A stretch of 64,000 nt of DNA from Patescibacteria group bacterium (GTDB taxonomy: Bacteria > Patescibacteriota > Patescibacteriia > UBA1558 > GWA2-36-10): NCBI GenBank assembly GCA_041665505.1, contig JBAYIR010000001.1, forward strand, positions 220,392 through 284,391, written 5' to 3'. The stretch's first letter is position 1, and each line of letters begins with the position of its first letter. Shown here piece by piece: positions 17,757 through 26,869 of the stretch. The position numbers were made by a program, and so were the translations under genes. The notes beneath the pieces were generated by a model that saw only the letters and a program-made list of their open reading frames with translations, had not been told where the DNA came from and searched no databases.

Positions 17757-19538
17757 ATGGAAAACAGAATTACAACTTTTGCTGAAACAAATTATAGAAA
17801 TTCCAATGTTAGATTTGGCATAAAAACTGATGACCGTCGTCGTCATATGTATTTTATTGGTAAAACTGGTATGGGTAAGTCTACAGTTTTGGAAAATATG
17901 ATTATTCAAGATATTCAAGACGGTAAGGGAGTTTGTGTAGTAGATCCTCACGGCGATTTAGTAGAGAAGGTCATTAATTTTGTGCCCTCTAGTCGTATTA
18001 ATGATGTAATATATTTTAATCCAGCTGACTTGGATTTTCCCATTGGTTTTAATGTTTTGGAAAAAGTAGATGCTAGCCAAAGGCATTTGGTTGTATCGGG
18101 ACTAATTGGTGTTTTTCAGAAGATTTGGGCTGATTCATGGGGTCCTAGATTGGAATATGTACTCCATCATGCTATTTCAGCTCTCTTAGAGTATCCTGGC
18201 TCCACTTTGCTTGGTATTATGAGAATGTTGACCGACAAAGCTTTTAGAAAAAGAGTAGTGGAAAAATTGTCTGATCCAGTAGTTAAAGCCTTTTGGATAG
18301 AAGAATATTCTAAATATCCAGATAGGTTTCAATCCGAAGCTATTGCTCCTATTCAAAATAAAGTTGGTCGTTTCCTTTCCTCAGCTTTGATTAGAAATAT
18401 ATTAGGGCAAGTCAATTCATCTTTTTCTATGAGAGATATCATGGATGGCCAAAAAATATTACTTTTGAATCTGTCTAAAGGTAGAGTAGGTGAAGATAAT
18501 TCAGCACTACTGGGGGCGATGATGATTACCAAAATTCAATTAGCCGCCATGAGTAGAGTTGATACTCCGGAAGAAGAAAGAAAAGATTTTTATCTATATG
18601 TAGATGAATTTCAAAATTTTGCTACAGATTCTTTTGCTAATATTTTATCTGAGGCTAGAAAATATAAACTTAATCTTATTATTGCTCACCAGTATATTGA
18701 ACAAGTAGAAGAAAATATTGCAGCAGCTGTTTTTGGTAATGTTGGTACTTTGATAGCTTTCAGAGTCGGTGCGGCTGATGCTGAATTTTTGGAAAAAGAA
18801 TTTTTTCCAACTTTTACTCAAGAGGATTTGGTCAATCTTTCCAAGTTTGAAATTTATATCAAACTAATGATTGATGGTGTAACCTCAGAAGCTTTTTCAG
18901 CTAGAACCTTGCCACCAGTAGCGATGACGGAAGAATTTATAGACATTAAAGAAAAAATAATCAGGGTGACTAGAGAAAGATATGCCAAACCAAGAGCAGT
19001 TATAGAAGATAAAATTATTCGTTGGTCAGAAGGCAGAGGAGAAGATGATATAGATAAGATTCCTGATAGATTAATCAATGAAGCTGTTATCGATAAGTCT
19101 CTCGCTAAAGACATAGCCCCTGTGAGTAGAGAAAATTCAGCTAGTAAAGCCAAGAAAAAAAGAAGAAAATCCAAAGACACTGGTTTTAGTAAAGATGTTA
19201 TTTGCGATTTGTGTGGTAAACAAACTACTATAAATTTTGATCCCGATCCAACTAAACCTATTTATTGCAGAGAGTGTCTAGACCTTTCTAGAGCTGGTAA
19301 AGTTCCGCCACCATCAAGTATTAAAATAATTTCTGATGACGGGCCAGTTGAAGAATTTACTTCTCTAGCTGATGCTTTGAAAGGCAGAAAAGTGACTGTC
19401 AAAAAAACTGAAAATTTAGAAAGTAAGTCAGAAGAGGAAGAAAATATAAAACAGAATGAAGATTTAAGCTCAGAAAAAATTAAAAAAGATGACCAGTCGG
19501 CTGAAGATTTAAAGCCCGGTCAAGTAATAAAATTTTAA
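17757..19538 (+). CDS. VirD4/TraG-like ATPase with a C-terminal CxxC-x17-CxxC zinc finger
   Basis: DRRRHMYFIGKTGMGKS, VDPHGDL, YVDEFQNF, LSEARKY; CDLC...CREC. Confidence 0.85.
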   Translation: MENRITTFAETNYRNSNVRFGIKTDDRRRHMYFIGKTGMGKSTVLENMIIQDIQDGKGVCVVDPHGDLVEKVINFVPSSRINDVIYFNPADLDFPIGFNVLEKVDASQRHLVVSGLIGVFQKIWADSWGPRLEYVLHHAISALLEYPGSTLLGIMRMLTDKAFRKRVVEKLSDPVVKAFWIEEYSKYPDRFQSEAIAPIQNKVGRFLSSALIRNILGQVNSSFSMRDIMDGQKILLLNLSKGRVGEDNSALLGAMMITKIQLAAMSRVDTPEEERKDFYLYVDEFQNFATDSFANILSEARKYKLNLIIAHQYIEQVEENIAAAVFGNVGTLIAFRVGAADAEFLEKEFFPTFTQEDLVNLSKFEIYIKLMIDGVTSEAFSARTLPPVAMTEEFIDIKEKIIRVTRERYAKPRAVIEDKIIRWSEGRGEDDIDKIPDRLINEAVIDKSLAKDIAPVSRENSASKAKKKRRKSKDTGFSKDVICDLCGKQTTINFDPDPTKPIYCRECLDLSRAGKVPPPSSIKIISDDGPVEEFTSLADALKGRKVTVKKTENLESKSEEEENIKQNEDLSSEKIKKDDQSAEDLKPGQVIKF

Positions 19539-19539
19539 A

Positions 19540-21039
19540 ATGCCATATTATTTAAAAATAAAAAAATTAGACATTGAGACTGGTCAGTCAAACATTGTTT
19601 TGCTCAATGTTGAAGAAGCTATGCGTTACGGCATTAAAGCTGGTGATAAAGTCAGAATCAGCTGGCAGAATCAGTCTATTATTGCTGAAGCTAATACTAG
19701 CCAAACAAGAGTTAGAGCAGGTCAGATTGGTTTGTATAAAGATATTTGGAAAAATATAAAGATATCGCCAAATACTATTGCGGAAATAGAGTTTTTAGAG
19801 CGGGCTCAATCTATACAAGCTATTAAAAAAAGATTATTAGGTAAAAAGTTAAATTATAAAGATTTTTATCAAATATTTTCTGATATTGCCAAGGGTGTTT
19901 TGACTCGTACCGAAACAACTTATTTTGTTGCTTCTAGTTTTATACGTGATTATAGTGACGAAGAGCTGTATTTTATGACCAAGGCTATGGCCGAGACGGG
20001 CGAAATGCTTAAATTTCCTAATAAGATAGTAGTAGATAAACACTCAGTTGGTGGTTTAGCTGGTAATCGTACTACTATGGTGGCTATACCAATATTGGCT
20101 AGTCTAGGATTGGTTATACCAAAAAATTCATCTCGAGCTATTACTTCACCAGCTGGTACAGCCGACACTATGGAGGTTTTAGCTCCAGTGTCTTTTTCCG
20201 CTAAGGAAATACAAGCTATTGTCAAAAAAACTGGGGGCTGTTTAGTGTGGGGTGGTGGTTTAAATCTGGCTCCCGCTGACGATAAAATACTACAAGTATC
20301 TTATCCTTTATCTATGGAACCATATGATAAGATGTTGGTTTCTATTATGGCCAAAAAAGTTGCTTCAGGCATTACCCATTTAGTTATAGATATGCCAGTT
20401 GGAGAGACTACCAAAATACCAAACATGAGAATAGCCAAAGAGCTGGAGAGGAAATTCAAATATATTGCTAGAAAATTTAATATAAAGATAAAAGTCATAA
20501 TGATTCAAACTGAAGATCCAATTGGTATGGGTGTTGGACCAGCTTTGGAGGCTCGCGATGTCTTAAGGGTGCTTCAACAAAAAGATAATTACCCAGCTGA
20601 TTTAGCTAATAAGTCTATTCATTTAGCAGGAGAGCTCTTGGAACTAGCTGGTAAGGCCAAAAAAGGCCATGGGGCTACCATGGCTTGGAAAGCTTTGGAA
20701 TCAGGAGCGGCTTGGAAAAAAATGCAAGAAATAATCAAAGCGCAAGGTGGAAAATATGATATTGATCCAAATGACATTGTCTTAGGTGCTCATAAAAAAT
20801 ATTATAATGCTGATAAATCTGGTTGTATTACTTTTACTGACAATAAAGCTATTAATACTGTCGCTCGTATTCTTGGTGCCCCTAAAGATCAACTAGCTGG
20901 TGTTTATCTCAATAAAGAATATAATGACCACGTCAAAAAAGGCGAGCGTTTATTTACGCTCTATGCTCGCACTAAAGAGCGAATCAAATTAGCTGATAAA
21001 GCCTTGGAAAAATTGAGTATATTTAAAATAGGCAAGTAA
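19540..21039 (+). CDS. AMP phosphorylase (thymidine/pyrimidine-nucleoside phosphorylase family, archaeal type)
   Basis: N-terminal extension; VDKHSVGGLAGN, PKNSSRAITSPAGTADTMEVL, GGGLNLAPADD, GPALEARDVL. Confidence 0.88.
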   Translation: MPYYLKIKKLDIETGQSNIVLLNVEEAMRYGIKAGDKVRISWQNQSIIAEANTSQTRVRAGQIGLYKDIWKNIKISPNTIAEIEFLERAQSIQAIKKRLLGKKLNYKDFYQIFSDIAKGVLTRTETTYFVASSFIRDYSDEELYFMTKAMAETGEMLKFPNKIVVDKHSVGGLAGNRTTMVAIPILASLGLVIPKNSSRAITSPAGTADTMEVLAPVSFSAKEIQAIVKKTGGCLVWGGGLNLAPADDKILQVSYPLSMEPYDKMLVSIMAKKVASGITHLVIDMPVGETTKIPNMRIAKELERKFKYIARKFNIKIKVIMIQTEDPIGMGVGPALEARDVLRVLQQKDNYPADLANKSIHLAGELLELAGKAKKGHGATMAWKALESGAAWKKMQEIIKAQGGKYDIDPNDIVLGAHKKYYNADKSGCITFTDNKAINTVARILGAPKDQLAGVYLNKEYNDHVKKGERLFTLYARTKERIKLADKALEKLSIFKIGK

Positions 21040-21040
21040 T

Positions 21041-21817
21041 ATGGAATACAACACTGTTGCTCTAAAATTAGCCAAACAAGCTGGAAAAATCATTAGAGAA
21101 AATTTTGTTTCTGGCATGGATAGGGAATATAAAGAAGATTTTACTCCTGTTACAAAAACTGATTTAGAAATAAATAGTTTAGTAATTAAAACTATAAAAA
21201 AATATTTTCCCAGTCACGATGTGATTGGTGAGGAGGAAAGTGATATTTCAGCTAATAGCGATTATAAATGGTATTGTGATCCAGTTGATGGTACTATACC
21301 ATTTGCCAATCATATTCCAGTGTCTACTTTTTCTTTAGCCTTGGCTTATAAAGGTGAAATAATCCTAGGAGTAGTGTGTGAGCCTTTTATGAAAAATGTT
21401 TACTACGCTGAGAAAGGTAAGGGGGCTTATAGAAATGGGAAAAAAATATCCGTGTCTACTGATCAGGAATTAAAAGGTAGAATAATTGGTTTTGAGCATT
21501 GGTCTATAGCTAAATTTGATATATCAAAAATAATGGCGGTAGTGGAAGAAGACCATATTAAAGCTTTAAAATTTGCTTCTTTTGTTTATCTGAGTGTTTT
21601 GGTAGCTAAAGGTGATTTAATGGCTACAATTTTCCCTCACACCACTGCTCATGATATGGCAGCTGTTGATATTATTGTCAGAGAAGCAGGTGGCAAAGTG
21701 ACTGATTTGTATGGTCAACCACTCAATTTTGATAAAGAGTTAAATGGTATGATTGCTAGCAATGTTTTAATACATGATTATCTTTTACAAAAAATTAAAG
21801 CCAATGTCAAATTGTAA
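21041..21817 (+). CDS. Inositol monophosphatase family protein
   Basis: VTKTD, GEE, DPVDGT, HDMAA...EAGG. Confidence 0.92.
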   Translation: MEYNTVALKLAKQAGKIIRENFVSGMDREYKEDFTPVTKTDLEINSLVIKTIKKYFPSHDVIGEEESDISANSDYKWYCDPVDGTIPFANHIPVSTFSLALAYKGEIILGVVCEPFMKNVYYAEKGKGAYRNGKKISVSTDQELKGRIIGFEHWSIAKFDISKIMAVVEEDHIKALKFASFVYLSVLVAKGDLMATIFPHTTAHDMAAVDIIVREAGGKVTDLYGQPLNFDKELNGMIASNVLIHDYLLQKIKANVKL

Positions 21818-22869
21818 TGCTTAAATCCAAAATTAAAATATTAGTTGGATTATCTGGCGGCGTTGATAGCACCCTTAGTTTGTATTTATTACAAAAGCAA
21901 GGCTACCAGGTGGAGGCAGCCTTTATGAAAAACTTTTCGGAAAAGGTCAATATTAAAGGAGAATGTCCTTGGAAAGAAGATCGCTTAATGGCTTATCGAG
22001 TAGCTGCTCATCTTAAAGTGCCTATTCAAACTCTTGATTTTGAAAAACAATATCATGACAAGATAGTTGATTATATTTTTGATTCATATCAAGCAGGACT
22101 GACACCCAATCCAGATGTGCTTTGCAATAACGAAATTAAGTTTAAATTGTTTTTAGAGCAGGCTACTAAACTCGGTTTTGATAAAATAGCTACTGGTCAT
22201 TATGCTAAAATCAAAGAAGATAAAAATGGTTTTCATCTACTGCGCGCTAAAGATCCCAACAAAGATCAGTCATATTTTCTAGCTGGTTTAAATCAAAATC
22301 AACTGGCCAAAGCAATATTTCCTATCGGCGATATTATTAAAACAGAAGTCAGACAACTAGCCAAGAAGGCCAAATTACCCAATGCTGATAGAAAAGATAG
22401 TCAGGGAATTTGTTTTATTGGTAAGATAGATTTAAAAACTTTTCTGCAGCAAAAAATAAAAGCCAAAGTGGGGGAGATACTAGATACTAAAGGCAATAAA
22501 ATAGGTACTCACCAAGGAGTTTGGTATTATACTATTGGTCAGAGGAAAGGACTAGATATTGGTGGTAGCGGTCCTTGGTATGTAGTTAGTAAAGATCTTA
22601 AAAATAATCAACTAATTGTTGGCCATGTTGATGATGAAAAACTGTACAACAAAAGTGTCCAGATTTCAGATTTACATTGGCTTGCTAAAGAATACGAATT
22701 ACCACTCAAAGCTAAAGCTCAGATCCGCTATCGTCAAGCTGGCCAAGATGTCGTTTTAGTAGCTCCAGACAAAGCGGAATTTAAAAAAGCCCAAGCTGGG
22801 GTAGCTTCTGGACAAACATTGGCTATTTATAAAGGCAGAGAGCTCATTGCTAGTGCTATTATTGTCTAA
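21817..22869 (+). CDS. mnmA: tRNA 2-thiouridine(34) synthase
   Basis: SGGVDS, PNPDVLCN, ATGHYA, KDQSYFL, DSQGICFIG. Confidence 0.97.
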   Translation: MLKSKIKILVGLSGGVDSTLSLYLLQKQGYQVEAAFMKNFSEKVNIKGECPWKEDRLMAYRVAAHLKVPIQTLDFEKQYHDKIVDYIFDSYQAGLTPNPDVLCNNEIKFKLFLEQATKLGFDKIATGHYAKIKEDKNGFHLLRAKDPNKDQSYFLAGLNQNQLAKAIFPIGDIIKTEVRQLAKKAKLPNADRKDSQGICFIGKIDLKTFLQQKIKAKVGEILDTKGNKIGTHQGVWYYTIGQRKGLDIGGSGPWYVVSKDLKNNQLIVGHVDDEKLYNKSVQISDLHWLAKEYELPLKAKAQIRYRQAGQDVVLVAPDKAEFKKAQAGVASGQTLAIYKGRELIASAIIV

Positions 22870-22977
22870 TTATTTAGCTAACTATTTTGCTCTATTTCAA
22901 GTATTGTTGACAGGGGCTTTTTCTTTTTCCTCAAAATAAGCTACAATAAGAGTATATAAAAAATTTAAAATAATCCT

Positions 22978-23589
22978 ATGAAAAAATCATTATTAATTTT
23001 ATTTATTTTTCCTCTACTAATAGGGGCTGCTTGCACTTCAAAAGATGTTCAAAAATCTGAAGAACTAAACACCAATGAAGAACCAAAACTTGAAGAAAAA
23101 CAAGTCGTTGAAGAGAATATCATAGAGCCTAGTAATCAAACATATACCTTGTATGAAAATAAGGCTATTGGTTACAAAGTTTTGCGACCAGATGGCTGGT
23201 ATTGGCGACATTTTATGAAAGCTGATTTAAAAACCGCTGGTGTTAATGAATTGATTGATGATTATTTAATTATAGACAAAAATATTATCAAAGGTTTAGG
23301 GTCTGAATATTTAGGAGAAATTGTTATTGGAAAATCAAGGATGAATTTAGAGGAGCTAGCCAAACAAAAAAACGGATACAGCACTAGAGAAGCTACTGTA
23401 GCTGGATTAGCTGCTACTAGATTTGAAATACAAACTAGCGAAGATAATTTATTCCCAAATAGAAAAATTGTTGAGTACCATTTGTTAAAAAATGACGAGA
23501 CATTCGTATTAAGTTATATGTCTAGTGATGATAAGACTGGTGAAGCTATTTTTGAAAAAGTAGTGGCTAGTTTTTCCTTTGTTAAATAA
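22978..23589 (+). CDS. Putative lipoprotein, possibly PsbP-like fold
   Basis: Signal peptide with lipobox IGAAC; C-terminal [10 protein letters not shown]. Confidence 0.6.
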   Translation: MKKSLLILFIFPLLIGAACTSKDVQKSEELNTNEEPKLEEKQVVEENIIEPSNQTYTLYENKAIGYKVLRPDGWYWRHFMKADLKTAGVNELIDDYLIIDKNIIKGLGSEYLGEIVIGKSRMNLEELAKQKNGYSTREATVAGLAATRFEIQTSEDNLFPNRKIVEYHLLKNDETFVLSYMSSDDKTGEAIFEKVVASFSFVK

Positions 23590-23605
23590 AGTTAATATAA
23601 AATAT

Positions 23606-23803
23606 ATGGCTAGAATTGTAAAAAAAGAAGCTCATGGGCCAATAGAGATAAAAGCTAGCGATAAAAATGTTTCGATTTGTGCTTGTGGTTTGAGTAAAAA
23701 TCAACCTTTTTGTGATGGCTCACATAAAATGACCCTAGATGAAGAAGATGGTGTTACTTATAGATATGATGACCATGGTCACCGAGAAAAAATTCAAGAG
23801 TAG
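23606..23803 (+). CDS. CDGSH iron-sulfur domain protein
   Basis: [16 protein letters not shown]; ATG at 23606. Confidence 0.92.
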   Translation: MARIVKKEAHGPIEIKASDKNVSICACGLSKNQPFCDGSHKMTLDEEDGVTYRYDDHGHREKIQE

Positions 23804-23824
23804 ATAAATCTTAAATTTACAAAT

Positions 23825-24025
23825 ATGGATGAAGAACTATATAAAAAAATAGACGCTCTGGAAATAAAAATAAACGAAATTTACAAAGTTACCAATGCCG
23901 CTAAAAAAATGTTTATTTGGAGCTCGGTGATTAGCCTATTATTATTTGTCATACCTCTAATTATACTAATGTTTGTTTTACCGGGTATGCTTGATACTCT
24001 TACTAGCTCTTATTCTGGTTTATAA
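23825..24025 (+). CDS. Small membrane protein
   Basis: 66 aa: short coiled coil plus one long hydrophobic segment. Confidence 0.65.
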   Translation: MDEELYKKIDALEIKINEIYKVTNAAKKMFIWSSVISLLLFVIPLIILMFVLPGMLDTLTSSYSGL

Positions 24026-24040
24026 TTATCTATCATAAAC

Positions 24041-24082
24041 AAAAAATCATCCAGTTGCTCGTGAATGGCTGGATGATTTTTT
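24041..24082. terminator. Bidirectional intrinsic terminator
   Basis: AAAAAATCATCCAGTTG...TGGCTGGATGATTTTTT between convergent genes. Confidence 0.8.
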
Positions 24083-24582
24083 TATTCTATCTTGATTATT
24101 TCATATTTAGCTAGCTTATCACCCAATTTTATTTCTACAATATCTCCAATAGCTTTACCCAATAAAGCTAAGCCTAAGGGAGAGTGGTGAGAAATAACCC
24201 CCGCGCTAGGATTGGTTTCTGAAGAGCCTAAAATACGATATTGCCGTTTCTGGTCATCTATTTTAGTAGTTATTAAATGGCCGATTTGCACAGTTTGTTT
24301 ATTTTTATTTACTTCAATAATTTGGGCATTGGCAATTTGTTTTTCAATATTTAATATTTTTTGATTTACCCCACGCAGGCTGCCTTTGGCCATTTGGTAA
24401 GCGGCATTTTCAGAAAAATCACCCATCAAAGCCAATCTTTTTACTTCGGCAATCAACTTAGGCTGAACATCTTTTTTTAATCTATCTAAATTTTTTTCTA
24501 GCTCAGCCAATTTATCCTCCGTCATAAAAGGATCAGATTTTATATTTGTGTATTGTCCACCTTTTCTAATTGGTACTCTCAT
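24082..24582 (-). CDS. greA: GreA/GreB family transcription elongation factor
   Basis: GDFSENAAY, ISHHSPLGLALLG; ATG at 24582. Confidence 0.9.
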   Translation of the reverse strand: MRVPIRKGGQYTNIKSDPFMTEDKLAELEKNLDRLKKDVQPKLIAEVKRLALMGDFSENAAYQMAKGSLRGVNQKILNIEKQIANAQIIEVNKNKQTVQIGHLITTKIDDQKRQYRILGSSETNPSAGVISHHSPLGLALLGKAIGDIVEIKLGDKLAKYEIIKIE

Positions 24583-24643
24583 AGTCACTAGTATACTTTA
24601 TATATTATTTTTTTGCTAATTATTTTTTATAAAAAATAATAAC

Positions 24644-24697
24644 TGTGGATAAGTATGCTTATAAAAGTATTGACATAGTTTGTAGATGTGATATTAT
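24644..24697 (+). promoter_or_regulatory. DnaA box plus sigma70 promoter for structured RNA A
   Basis: TGTGGATAA (TTATCCACA on the - strand) at 24644-24652; TTGACA at 24670, 16 bp, extended -10 TGnTATTAT at 24692. Confidence 0.65.
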
Positions 24698-24703
24698 TTA
24701 TTT

Positions 24704-24923
24704 ACAAGATCGACAGTAGAGAGAGGTTAAGGGGAGGGAAGGATACAAGTTTCTGGATGAAGTTTCTGCGGCTTAGCACTAGGCAATAGAAACTTCATCC
24801 ACAATCATATCCCATCCCAATCACAAAAAAAATCACAACCCCTATCACAATCACAACCTATCACTCTCAACACCAACCCCTGTCGGTCTTGAATCATGTC
24901 CAAAAAATTTAGGGACATTTTTT
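24704..24923 (+). ncRNA. Candidate structured ncRNA A (about 190-nt rod; 6S-like size)
   Basis: CAAGATCGACAG/CTGTCGGTCTTG closing stem, 14-bp TGGATGAAGTTTCT/AGAAACTTCATCCA inner stem, own promoter, no ORF of 60 aa or more. Confidence 0.65.
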
Positions 24924-24994
24924 GTTTGACTTAAATTGTTTTAAATAAATAAAAAAACCTCTTTAAAAAGGTATTTTTTGTTTAATAATGTTTA

Positions 24995-25507
24995 TTATTT
25001 TGGTACACTCACACAAGAAAGAGAGGTATAACCCTCACCATCACATTCATCTATACGAGGCTGGGTCTCTAAATTAAACTGTAAAAGATAATAATTTTTA
25101 GGAGAACCAATAATCTTTTGGTACAAATATAAATAAATAACTTGATTTGGTTCATTTTGATTAACTACAGCATTAATTGGATCGCGTGGCATAGCATCTA
25201 AACCAGGTAGCCATTGATTATCTATAGGGTGGTTATAATCAGCACTGATACAGCCACTTATACTTAGTAGACCAGAACATCTGCCATCTTCGGCAGGATA
25301 ATCATCGCCTGTAGTATAATTATAAATTTCCAAAGCTTTACGAATTTGAGTAATATCGCTTAGTCTTCTAGCATCTCTAGCCTTAGCTTTAAAATGGTTT
25401 AAATTAACTACTGCCGCAGTAGAAATAATACCAATAATAGCAATTACTACCAATAATTCCACTAAAGTAAAACCTAGTTTTTGTCTTTTAAAATGGTATA
25501 AAAGCAT
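24995..25507 (-). CDS. Type IV pilin / GspG-like prepilin
   Basis: Prepilin cleavage motif G-FTLVELLVVIAIIGII; KARDARRLSD; C-terminal cysteines. Confidence 0.9.
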   Translation of the reverse strand: MLLYHFKRQKLGFTLVELLVVIAIIGIISTAAVVNLNHFKAKARDARRLSDITQIRKALEIYNYTTGDDYPAEDGRCSGLLSISGCISADYNHPIDNQWLPGLDAMPRDPINAVVNQNEPNQVIYLYLYQKIIGSPKNYYLLQFNLETQPRIDECDGEGYTSLSCVSVPK

Positions 25508-25579
25508 AACTATATAAGTATAGCATAAATTTGCTTTTTATTAATAGACTTTGTTATGCTTGAAATTATAAAATAGAGA

Positions 25580-25609
25580 AAGAGGAGACGCCCTAAGACG
25601 CCTCCTCTT
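25580..25609 (-). terminator. Intrinsic terminator of the 70-aa gene
   Basis: On the - strand: AAGAGGAGGCGTC-TTAG-GGCGTCTCCTCTT followed by TCTCTATTTT. Confidence 0.75.
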
Positions 25610-25632
25610 ACATATAGCTCAGGCTATTGATG

Positions 25633-25845
25633 CTAAATAGCCTTGAAGTTGCCCCAACCATTCCAAAGAGGCTGACCATGACGATCCCGCTGAGAGTCTA
25701 CCTGTATGAAAACGTCTTGGATGCTAGTCAAACCCCATCCAGCCAGAATTTCACGAGGTGGGTCTTTGCGGATGCCAGTGATAATATGAATCTTGCCACT
25801 ACCAATGGCTTTGACTTTCTGACCCTTTTTGAATTCACAAGGCAT
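25633..25845 (-). CDS. Small hypothetical protein with a KOW/SH3-like N-terminus
   Basis: Perfect AAGGAGG 7 nt before the ATG, own terminator, FKKGQKVKAIGSG motif. Confidence 0.65.
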   Translation of the reverse strand: MPCEFKKGQKVKAIGSGKIHIITGIRKDPPREILAGWGLTSIQDVFIQVDSQRDRHGQPLWNGWGNFKAI

Positions 25846-25890
25846 TTTCTTTCCTCCTTGAGCTGGAAGGCATGTGGTGTGTGAGAGAAC

Positions 25891-25916
25891 AAAAAAGTCG
25901 CTTACTGCTAAGCGAC
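25891..25916 (-). terminator. Terminator hairpin in the 5' leader of the 70-aa gene (possible attenuator)
   Basis: On the - strand: GTCGCTTA-GCAG-TAAGCGAC-TTTTTT, about 45 nt upstream of the ATG. Confidence 0.6.
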
Positions 25917-26103
25917 GAACTGGTATTTAATATAAATTATAGACTAAATAACAAATCACCACTTAACAATATAAGGGTTGTACCAAAAGAAGAAAAAATT
26001 TGGCTTGATTTGTCTCATAAAATATATATTATAATATTTTATTCAATTTGGCAAGTAACTTAAAAAAGAGCTTTTTTAAAAGCTTATATTTTTGATTAAT
26101 TTT

Positions 26104-26147
26104 TTGAGTGCCTGCCTCATCACGCTAAAGGTGACGAGGCAGGCTCA
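26104..26147 (-). terminator. Strong 3' hairpin after the HD gene
   Basis: GCCTGCCTCGTCAC-CTTTAGC-GTGATGAGGCAGGC on the - strand (G-U compatible); no U-tract. Confidence 0.55.
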
Positions 26148-26152
26148 AGACT

Positions 26153-26833
26153 TCAGACGTCCGCTATGATGCGGTCGCCGTATTCACGACGGAAGGAGTT
26201 GATTTGCAGAAGCAGAGCCTCCAAGAGATGTTCTCCAACATAGATTCGAGTTGGAGACTGCCAGTGTGAGGACTGCTCCATGAGCTCCAAGAGGTATCTG
26301 GCCAAAGGCACATATTCGCGAATGGTTTCGTTTATTTGCTTGATTTGAAACTCTGGGTCAGCCTTGAATCCCAGAGTGCGAAGATTGGCTACCCGATCAG
26401 CTAGTTTGAGAATAATTACCTCAATACTGCCAGCTTCTCGCATTTGACGGATATAAGAAAGCTTATCCCGCTTATAATCTTCGCCTTTACTCAAAAGTTC
26501 AACCCAATAGCGGACTGTGGAGCCAAAAAGCCTCTCAATCTTGTCCAAGCTGAGTTTGTCAGCCTCTACAGCATCATGAAGCCAAGTCACAACATTCATC
26601 TGCCAGTCGTCTTTGATACCCAGTTCGCAGCTGACTAAATCAGCTACATCACGCAGGTGTTTGAAGTAGTAGGTGACACCATCACCACGATACTCACCAC
26701 GGTGAGCCCATTTCCCCAGACGGTAGGCGCAGACCATCAAGCGTGCTTCTTCAGGGTCATTGATGTAACCCTGAAAACGAACCAAATAGCGTTCGTAGCC
26801 GCGCATTTCCTCAGGTTTTTTTCTGACTTTCAT
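26153..26833 (-). CDS. Stand-alone RelA/SpoT-type HD hydrolase (small alarmone hydrolase / Mesh1-like)
   Basis: AHRGEYR..G..Y..H, WLHDAVE, KLADRVANLR; AAGGGGG 8 nt before the ATG at 26833. Confidence 0.8.
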   Translation of the reverse strand: MKVRKKPEEMRGYERYLVRFQGYINDPEEARLMVCAYRLGKWAHRGEYRGDGVTYYFKHLRDVADLVSCELGIKDDWQMNVVTWLHDAVEADKLSLDKIERLFGSTVRYWVELLSKGEDYKRDKLSYIRQMREAGSIEVIILKLADRVANLRTLGFKADPEFQIKQINETIREYVPLARYLLELMEQSSHWQSPTRIYVGEHLLEALLLQINSFRREYGDRIIADV

Positions 26834-26869
26834 GTTCGTTACCCCCTTGTTGACGTGAATTGTAAACAA

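Noticed and set aside
24805-24897. 30-aa minus-strand peptide with Cys-Asp repeats (MIQDRQGLVLRVIGCDCDRGCDFFCDWDGI)
   Set aside because: It arises from the ATCAC repeats; the promoter and G-U pairs favour a + strand RNA and no translation signal is evident, though it is not fully excluded
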